A stretch of DNA of 64,000 bases from Bacteroidota bacterium (lineage in GTDB: Bacteria; Bacteroidota; Bacteroidia; Bacteroidales; UBA7960). Position 1 is the first letter of the stretch, and the number at the start of each line of letters is the position of its first letter. This document shows positions 57,381 through 64,000 of the stretch, one piece after another. The stretch is from the NCBI GenBank assembly GCA_007693555.1, contig REDJ01000137.1, positions 85 to 64,084 of the forward strand, read 5' to 3'. The translations under genes were made by a program, and so were the position numbers. The notes beneath the pieces are model-generated. The model did no database searches. It saw nothing but the letters and a program-made list of their open reading frames with translations, and was not told where the DNA came from.

Positions 57381-59474
57381 TTATCTTATGATCTGAAGTT
57401 TTTTTACTTCAATACCCTGTTGAGTATAAATGCTAACAAAGTAAATTCCGGATTGCAGATTTTCAAGAGTAACCTTAAACTCTGTATCATTTATCACCTC
57501 AGTGTAAACTTGTTTCCCTGTAACATCGGATATCCGCACCTCCAGGATATTAACACCAGACCGGATCATAAAATCGTAATTGGCAGGATTTGGAAAGAGT
57601 TTAACATCTGTAAGTTCCATATCTTCTGCTGATCCTACCACATCAAAATTGGCAGTAAGTATTATATCCAGGGTACTAATGGTGTGCTGAAAGCTGGCTT
57701 CGTCTGTAACGTGATTGTTATCGTGATCGGTCCAGTTGACAAAAGTAAACCCTTCATGTGCCACAGCAGAAATACTTACAACTTCTCCCTGAACATATTC
57801 ACCCGCTCCATGAACAGTACCGGCATTTTCGGGATTAACCAGCAGGGTGAGGGTATATGTTTGCACTACTGCCATGGTTGCCGGCACTAAAATCAGGGGA
57901 TTTGCAGGATCATTGGAGGATATTTGGATGGTGGATTCATAAATGCCCTCGGGTAAATCTGTTGCATCAAAGGTAACTATGATATTTTGCGATGCGCCGG
58001 CATCAATAGATACTTCATTTATATTCACAGATAACCAGGGAGTCCCACCAAATTCTTGCAATAACCAGGAAATGGTATTTTCCATCAACTGCATCAGATC
58101 CCCACCCCAATTGTCATTGACCGGGAATATATTGAGTGCAACAACGGGCTTATTGGGATTATAAGCAGCAAATGGATAACCGGTATCATAATTTCCAAGT
58201 GACACACCTTCACCCTGCACAGCGGAATGACTATAAATAACGGAATTAATTGATTCCAGACCATCGGTTATCGGATGATCTACAAAGCTTGATATTACTG
58301 CATTTTCAAAAGTATAAGAAGCAATGGTAAGGGGTAAATATGCCGGTGTTATAATATTACCGGCCAGTGCCCAGGCGCCACCAGAGAACATGGTACCCGC
58401 CATAACGCATAACATGCCTCCTTCATCCACATATTGTGCAAGCCGGTTGCCCAGTAAAACATTATCATCAAACCAAGAGTCGGAAGAAACCAAAACAATA
58501 TCATAGCCTAACATCATGTCCAGCTCCGGTGTTCCTGTGTATGCATTAAATTCATCAAATACATATATATTTGGCAGACTTTGCATGGCAGTTTTAAAAT
58601 CACTAATTGACGACTGATGTGCATTCACATATAATACCGATGCGTTATTGTCAAACATTGAAATTGATGCCTCCAGAATACTACCGGGTTCGCCTGTATT
58701 TTGAATGGAAAGGTTGCGGGAGGCTGTATTACCGGGTTTTACTGTTACAAGGAAACTTCCGGGGTTAACGTTTATTTCGGGAGTATAAGTTCCGCTCACC
58801 AGTACATCATCAATATACCATTGATTGATATTATAGGAATTTCCATCAAAAACAAAGGCAAGGTAAAATGTTTGTCCATCGAGCATGGAAAGGTCAACAT
58901 TTACCACTTCCCTGGTTGCATCAGGATTTTTGATGCCCCGTTCCTTATCTCCGGATTCGCCTGATTTTGCAATATGCTCCCATCTGGTAGTCCATGCAGC
59001 CCCGTCAGGAGATGTCTGTACCTTGAGCGAATAAGTTCCTAAATAATGATCAATGGCTTGATTAAAAGACAAAGAAACCTCACTTAATCCGCTGGCATCC
59101 AATACCGGGGTAATTAGCCTGAACACGTCGGTAGAGCTAGGTGACCAGTTAAACCTCATTTCAGGTGCTTCACCACCTGCATGATTTGTAGGGGTAACCC
59201 CCCAGTTAACATGAGTCCGGAGCCAGCCCGTTGGTATTGCTCCCTGCTCAATACCAGTGAAGTCTTCAGATAAGATTACATTTTTATCATAATTAGAGGC
59301 ATTTTTACTGCGGGTATCATAATGAATTCCCGAAGCGAGATCAGGTTTCAAGGAAGTATTGCCAACAAGTGTTTGAGAAGATTTATCAGGTAGAGTATGC
59401 AGAAGAGATTGCTGTGCTCCAATCCATCCCACTGAAAGAAAAAATGCTAAGAAAAGAGTAAAAAGTGTTTTCAT
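57381..59474 (-). CDS. T9SS-secreted surface protein with InlB B-repeat-like domain
   Basis: 697 aa with a signal peptide. Segment LTLLVNPENAGTVHGAGEYVQGEVVSISAVAHEGFTFVNWTD (Listeria-Bacteroides/InlB B-repeat type). C-terminal T9SS type-A CTD (KLFPNPANYDF ... GIYFVSIY). Confidence 0.75.
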   Translation of the reverse strand: MKTLFTLFLAFFLSVGWIGAQQSLLHTLPDKSSQTLVGNTSLKPDLASGIHYDTRSKNASNYDKNVILSEDFTGIEQGAIPTGWLRTHVNWGVTPTNHAGGEAPEMRFNWSPSSTDVFRLITPVLDASGLSEVSLSFNQAIDHYLGTYSLKVQTSPDGAAWTTRWEHIAKSGESGDKERGIKNPDATREVVNVDLSMLDGQTFYLAFVFDGNSYNINQWYIDDVLVSGTYTPEINVNPGSFLVTVKPGNTASRNLSIQNTGEPGSILEASISMFDNNASVLYVNAHQSSISDFKTAMQSLPNIYVFDEFNAYTGTPELDMMLGYDIVLVSSDSWFDDNVLLGNRLAQYVDEGGMLCVMAGTMFSGGAWALAGNIITPAYLPLTIASYTFENAVISSFVDHPITDGLESINSVIYSHSAVQGEGVSLGNYDTGYPFAAYNPNKPVVALNIFPVNDNWGGDLMQLMENTISWLLQEFGGTPWLSVNINEVSIDAGASQNIIVTFDATDLPEGIYESTIQISSNDPANPLILVPATMAVVQTYTLTLLVNPENAGTVHGAGEYVQGEVVSISAVAHEGFTFVNWTDHDNNHVTDEASFQHTISTLDIILTANFDVVGSAEDMELTDVKLFPNPANYDFMIRSGVNILEVRISDVTGKQVYTEVINDTEFKVTLENLQSGIYFVSIYTQQGIEVKKLQIIR

Positions 59475-59981
59475 AATGGTAAGGTTTTGTGGTTTTTATT
59501 TAATTATTCCGGGACTTTCCCGTAAAATATCATTAAAACAGTTATGATGATTACACTATGTTTAATTCAATGGTAAAAGCTAAACAAGATGAGCAAAGCG
59601 GGAGATCGGATTTACAAGCCTTAAGATGCCTGCTTTAAATGGCACCAAAAATATTTACATAATTTCCCGGGGCATACAACAATCCCCCTGGCTTTTCATT
59701 AGCATTATAAAGGGTGAAGTAGAAAAATCAAGTAAAAGAGTAAATTCCCTTATTTTGGCGAGGAGGCATGCCAAACAAAAAAGATTCCGCTATTCCGGTG
59801 GTTCAAAGCAATAAATCTTTCTTTTAAACAACAAATGAACATGCTAAATGTAAGAATAAAATACAAATAAAACAATTATATAACATAAAACACATCTATT
59901 TATAATTATTCTAAATAACATCAAAAGTCAAGGTTATCGAAAAATGTATAACATCATATCAAATTCCTGGATTTTTTAGTT

Positions 59982-60021
59982 ATAAAAAAATAAAGCTGCT
60001 TTGCATATCTTAAAGCAGCTT
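59982..60021 (-). terminator. Orphan intrinsic terminator (minus strand) in the T9SS-cargo/glmM divergent region
   Basis: Perfect 10-bp stem AAGCTGCTTT / AAAGCAGCTT (59993-60002 / 60012-60021). On the minus strand it is followed by TTTATTTTTTTAT. Confidence 0.45.
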
Positions 60022-60042
60022 CATTTATTAATGAAACCTGAA

Positions 60043-60050
60043 TATATTTG
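60043..60050 (+). promoter_or_regulatory. Bacteroidota -7 promoter box TATATTTG upstream of glmM
   Basis: TAnnTTTG match 52 nt upstream of the ATG at 60102. Confidence 0.4.
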
Positions 60051-60101
60051 TAATGCTTAAAACCTTATCTTTGCCAATCCTAATAAATCAATCCTGTATT
60101 T

Positions 60102-61493
60102 ATGACACTCATCACATCCATTTCGGGTATCAGGGGCACATTGGGCGGCAAAGCCGGAGAAAGCCTTACCCCTGTTGATATTACAAAATTTACCTGCGCT
60201 TATGGCAGCTGGCTGAAAAGCAAGTTCCCCGAAGAAAGACTTAAGGTAATTGTAGGACGCGATGCACGTATCTCAGGACCGGTTGTCAACAAAATGGTAA
60301 CTGCCACATTACAGTTTATGGGTATTGATATTATTGATGCAGGGCTTGTTCCTACACCCACTGTTGAAATCGGAGTGAAGGAATATGGATGTCACGGTGG
60401 TATTATAATTACTGCCAGCCATAATCCCAAAAACTGGAACGCGCTTAAACTTCTCAATGAAAATGGTGAATTTCTGAACCAGGAGGAAGCCAGGCAAATG
60501 ATGACATATACAAACAGCAAAGTTACAGGATTTGTAACAGCAGATAAACTGGGAACCTACACGAAGGAAGAAGCAGCAATAGAAATGCACATTGAGAAAG
60601 TACTCGCTCTCGAGCTTGTAGATACAGAGGCCATTGCAGCTGCAAAATTCCACGTGGTAGTAGATGCTGTTAATTCAGTGGGAGGTATTGCGGTACCCAT
60701 GCTGCTGGAAGCCCTGGGAGTAAAAAAAGTTACCGAGCTGTTTTGCGAACCCAATGGCTTGTTTCCGCACAATCCCGAACCCCTGCCCGAACACTTGAGT
60801 ATATTGGCAGAAGAGGTGCAGAAATCAAATGCCCATGTTGGTTTTGCGCTGGATCCTGATGCCGACCGTTTGGCCATTGTACGTAACGACGGTGAAATGT
60901 TTGGTGAAGAATATACACTTGTAGCAGTAGCCGATTATGTTTTGCAGCATCAAAAGGGAAATACAGTCAGTAACCTCTCTTCCACCCAGGCATTAAAAGA
61001 CATTACCGAAAAGCACGGTGGAAAGTATTATGCATCGGCCGTGGGCGAAGTAAATGTAGTGCAGAAAATGAAGGAGGTTAATGCTGTTATTGGTGGTGAA
61101 GGAAACGGTGGTGTAATTTATCCACCGATTCATTATGGCAGGGACGCGCTTACGGGTATAGCTCTTTTCCTTACTCATCTTGCCAAATCAAAAAAGAATG
61201 TGGTTGCGCTTAAGAAAGAGCTCCCCGATTATCATATATCCAAACACAAGATCGAATTATCAGATGGAATTGATCTTGGCAATATTCTTAAAAAAATTGC
61301 AAGCCATTATAATAAACATAAAATTGATAAAACCGATGGCGTGAAAATCTATTTCGATAAAGATTGGATACATCTGCGGAAATCCAATACCGAACCCATT
61401 ATCCGCATTTATGCCGAAAGTGATAGTGAAGTAAAATCAGAAACCCTGGCCCGCAAGATCATGGTGGATATCAGTGAGTTGATTAAGGAATAG
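60102..61493 (+). CDS. glmM: Phosphoglucosamine mutase
   Basis: 463 aa. Motifs SGIRGT, active-site TASHNPKNWNALK, metal site DPDADR, GGEGNGG loop. Confidence 0.85.
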   Translation: MTLITSISGIRGTLGGKAGESLTPVDITKFTCAYGSWLKSKFPEERLKVIVGRDARISGPVVNKMVTATLQFMGIDIIDAGLVPTPTVEIGVKEYGCHGGIIITASHNPKNWNALKLLNENGEFLNQEEARQMMTYTNSKVTGFVTADKLGTYTKEEAAIEMHIEKVLALELVDTEAIAAAKFHVVVDAVNSVGGIAVPMLLEALGVKKVTELFCEPNGLFPHNPEPLPEHLSILAEEVQKSNAHVGFALDPDADRLAIVRNDGEMFGEEYTLVAVADYVLQHQKGNTVSNLSSTQALKDITEKHGGKYYASAVGEVNVVQKMKEVNAVIGGEGNGGVIYPPIHYGRDALTGIALFLTHLAKSKKNVVALKKELPDYHISKHKIELSDGIDLGNILKKIASHYNKHKIDKTDGVKIYFDKDWIHLRKSNTEPIIRIYAESDSEVKSETLARKIMVDISELIKE

Positions 61494-61514
61494 GGTCTCC
61501 GGCCTCCGGTCTCC
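61494..61514. repeat. Three-unit heptamer array GGTCTCC-GGCCTCC-GGTCTCC
   Basis: Starts at the base after the glmM TAG and ends 5 nt before the mfd stop codon. Same unit as the array at 51406-51426. Confidence 0.9.
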
Positions 61515-61519
61515 TTTAT

Positions 61520-64000
61520 TCACTCCCCCATTTTCATTAAAAAATCGTATGCTTCCTGTATTTCAGTAATCTGATTTACTGTAAGGCTCAGTTTATTGTT
61601 GACTTCCTTTATCTGGCATTGACGCGGATGATATTGTACGAAGGTGAGTATCTTGCCGAATGTTTCTGTTGAATAATAGACAGATTTCTGGTTAGAAACA
61701 AAATATCCTATAAACTTTCCTGATTTAAGTATTACCTTTTCAAAACCCAGTTTTGCTGCAAGCCAACGAAGTTTGATGGCAAGAAATAAACCGGCAGTCT
61801 CATCTGGTATGGGTCCGAAACGATCCTGCATCTCACTGGCAAATCTTTCCAGTTGGGATTCTTTATTCAGATTGTCGAGATCTTTGTAAAGACTCAACCT
61901 TTCAGTAGTATTTTCAACATAATCGGTAGGGATCAGGAGCTGCAGATCAGTTTCCAGTAAACAATCGCTTACATAAAGCCTATCGGGTTTATCCTCAGCG
62001 GTAAAATGCTCCTTGAATTCGGTTTCCTTGAGTTCAAGTATGGCTTCATCCAGAATTTTATGATACATCTCAAACCCGATTTCAGAAATAAAACCGCTTT
62101 GTTCTGCCCCGAGCAAATTTCCTGCTCCCCGAATATCCAGATCACGCATGGCAATGTTGAAACCGCTTCCCAGGTCTGAAAACTCCTCTATTGCCCTGAG
62201 CCGCTTGCGGGCATCTTCGGTTAGAGTGGTAAGCGGGGGTGTAACAAGGTAGCAAAAAGCCTTTTTATTGGTACGCCCCACTCTGCCGCGCATCTGATGC
62301 AGGTCTGACAAACCAAAATGATGCGGATTGTGAATAATAATGGTATTGGCATTGGGTATATCAAGCCCGGATTCCACAATAGAAGTGGCAACCAGTACAT
62401 CATATTGCCCCTCAATGAAATCAACCATTACTTCTTCCAGTCTTGAACCTGGCATCTGCCCGTGTCCTATGGCAATTCGAAGGTCGGGGCATAACCGCTT
62501 TATCATACCTGCAATTTCTTCAATGGTTTGCACCCGGTTGTGAATGAAAAAAACCTGTCCACCCCGTGAAACCTCATACATGATTGCATCCCTGATCAGC
62601 TCTTCATTAAAAACATGCAATTCAGTTACAATGGGATACCTGTTTTGAGGTGGGGTATTTATGAGCGACATATCCCTTGCTTTCATAAGTGAAAACTGCA
62701 ATGTACGCGGTATAGGGGTAGCAGTAAGTGTAAGTGTATCCACATTTACCTTGAACTTTTTCAGCTTTTCCTTTGTGGTAACACCGAATTTTTGCTCCTC
62801 ATCAATAACCAGCAATCCCAGGTCTTTGAACTGCACATCGCCACTCACCATGCGATGCGTACCTATAAGGATATCAATTTTCCCTTCCCTGGTCTTTTTT
62901 ATAATGTCTTTTTTTTGTTTTGCAGACCGAAACCGGTTGATATAATCAATATTACAAGGGAAATCTTTCAACCTATCACTGAAAGTATGATAATGTTGAA
63001 GGGCAAGAATAGTGGTGGGAACAAGCACAGCCACCTGCTTACTGTCGCTTACTGCTTTGAATGCAGCCCTTATGGCAACCTCCGTCTTTCCAAATCCTAC
63101 ATCGCCACAAATAAGGCGATCCATAGGATAAGGTTTCTCCATATCCTCTTTTACATTTTGCGTTGCTGTCAACTGGTCAGGGGTATCCTCATAAATAAAT
63201 GAGGCCTCCAGTTCATTCTGCAAATATGTATCGGGTGAAAAGGAAAAACCTTTTTTTGCTTTACGCTCAGCATACAGGCGTATGAGATCTCTGGCAATAT
63301 CTTTTACCCTGCTTTTTGTTTTCTTTTTCAGGTTGCTCCAGGCAGGTGAACCCAACCGGTTAAGCACGGGTTGTGTTCCCTCTTTACCTGTATATTTTGC
63401 AATGCGATGCAGGGAATGAATACTGATATAAAGAATATCGTTTCCCTTGTATATCAATCGAATGGCTTCCTGTAACTTTCCGTTGACCTCGATCTTTTCC
63501 AAACCGCTGAATATGCCCACACCATGATCTATATGGGTTACATAATCTCCCGGTTGCAGATTATTCAGTTCTTTGAAAGTGATTGCTTTTTTGCCGGGAA
63601 ATTTATCCCTGATCCGGAAGCGATGATAGCGTTCAAAAATCTGGTGATCCGTGTAACAGGTTATTTTCTCATCCGGATCTACAAAACCCTCATGAAGAGC
63701 AACAGGTAAAGTATCATGTTTAAAGTAACCATCCTGTTTTTTATCGGCCGCAACTATCTCAAAAATAGAATGAATACGGTTTATTTGAGATGGATTATCA
63801 GAAAGGATAAGGTTGTAGTATCCTTTGATGGTTTTTTCTACCAGGTTTTTTATCAGCAGTTCAAAATTTTTATTGAATGAGGGTTGCGGACTGAAATGAA
63901 ATTCTGTTAAATGTGCATGCTCATCGGTCAGATGATATCTTCTGAATTCAATCAGTGGAAATCTATTGAGTGCATCAATAAATTTATCTCCATTCAGAAA
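61520..64000 (-). CDS. mfd: Transcription-repair coupling factor Mfd (N-terminus lies beyond the window)
   Basis: CarD-like/TRCF domain, helicase motifs LICGDVGFGKTEVA, LLVIDEEQKFG and GRVGR. My hand translation of 63521-63865 stays open in the same frame (...LQPGDYVTHIDHGVG|IFSGL). The track start at 63520 is therefore an internal GTG and the gene runs off the window. Confidence 0.9.
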   Translation of the reverse strand, partial: FLNGDKFIDALNRFPLIEFRRYHLTDEHAHLTEFHFSPQPSFNKNFELLIKNLVEKTIKGYYNLILSDNPSQINRIHSIFEIVAADKKQDGYFKHDTLPVALHEGFVDPDEKITCYTDHQIFERYHRFRIRDKFPGKKAITFKELNNLQPGDYVTHIDHGVGIFSGLEKIEVNGKLQEAIRLIYKGNDILYISIHSLHRIAKYTGKEGTQPVLNRLGSPAWSNLKKKTKSRVKDIARDLIRLYAERKAKKGFSFSPDTYLQNELEASFIYEDTPDQLTATQNVKEDMEKPYPMDRLICGDVGFGKTEVAIRAAFKAVSDSKQVAVLVPTTILALQHYHTFSDRLKDFPCNIDYINRFRSAKQKKDIIKKTREGKIDILIGTHRMVSGDVQFKDLGLLVIDEEQKFGVTTKEKLKKFKVNVDTLTLTATPIPRTLQFSLMKARDMSLINTPPQNRYPIVTELHVFNEELIRDAIMYEVSRGGQVFFIHNRVQTIEEIAGMIKRLCPDLRIAIGHGQMPGSRLEEVMVDFIEGQYDVLVATSIVESGLDIPNANTIIIHNPHHFGLSDLHQMRGRVGRTNKKAFCYLVTPPLTTLTEDARKRLRAIEEFSDLGSGFNIAMRDLDIRGAGNLLGAEQSGFISEIGFEMYHKILDEAILELKETEFKEHFTAEDKPDRLYVSDCLLETDLQLLIPTDYVENTTERLSLYKDLDNLNKESQLERFASEMQDRFGPIPDETAGLFLAIKLRWLAAKLGFEKVILKSGKFIGYFVSNQKSVYYSTETFGKILTFVQYHPRQCQIKEVNNKLSLTVNQITEIQEAYDFLMKMGE

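Noticed and set aside
63518-63520. The track start codon for mfd at 63520.
   Set aside because: It is an internal GTG (Val of the HGVGIF motif). The frame stays open upstream for at least the 115 codons I translated by hand and encodes Mfd-like sequence, so the gene is truncated by the window and does not start here.

Overview
This window is a chromosomal, mostly housekeeping segment of a Bacteroidota-type genome. That assignment is inferred from a compact 288-aa primary sigma factor, two T9SS C-terminal sorting domains, TAnnTTTG -7 promoter boxes, a V-ATPase operon carrying a DUF2764 gene, and almost no Shine-Dalgarno sites. I can support about 56 protein-coding genes, one tRNA-Pro(GGG), one toxin pseudogene remnant, and several intrinsic terminators and promoter boxes. 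No rRNA, CRISPR array, transposase, integrase or phage genes are visible. Gene blocks: proteases, 5'-nucleotidase and rpoD (0.1-6 kb); dapF, GNAT, mltG and a phosphohexomutase (6-12 kb); P-type ATPase, MscS and CvfB (12-17 kb); a seven-gene V-type ATPase operon on the minus strand (17.3-25.0 kb), divergent from a seven-gene Mrp Na+/H+ antiporter operon (25.6-31.3 kb); mixed metabolism, stress and envelope genes (31-45 kb); a poorly conserved stretch of hypothetical membrane proteins and lipoproteins, a CheR-like methyltransferase and a Mut7-C nuclease (45-52 kb); then an anion transporter, RecD-like helicase, BamA/TamA-like OMP, T9SS cargo, glmM and an mfd gene cut by the window edge (52-64 kb). 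I did not find a convincing new multi-gene system (defence, secretion or biosynthesis). What the gene models do not explain is non-coding. (1) Two families of heptanucleotide tandem arrays, GGGTTTA and G[G/T]TCTCC, recur in intact or decayed form at five or more gene junctions, including inside the V-ATPase and Mrp operons. (2) A base-perfect 91-bp tandem duplication carries two hairpins per unit. (3) A terminator-like hairpin sits in the mrpA leader. (4) A cluster of 9-mer repeats lies in a divergent promoter region. All functional readings of these elements are inference and need genome-wide and experimental checks.
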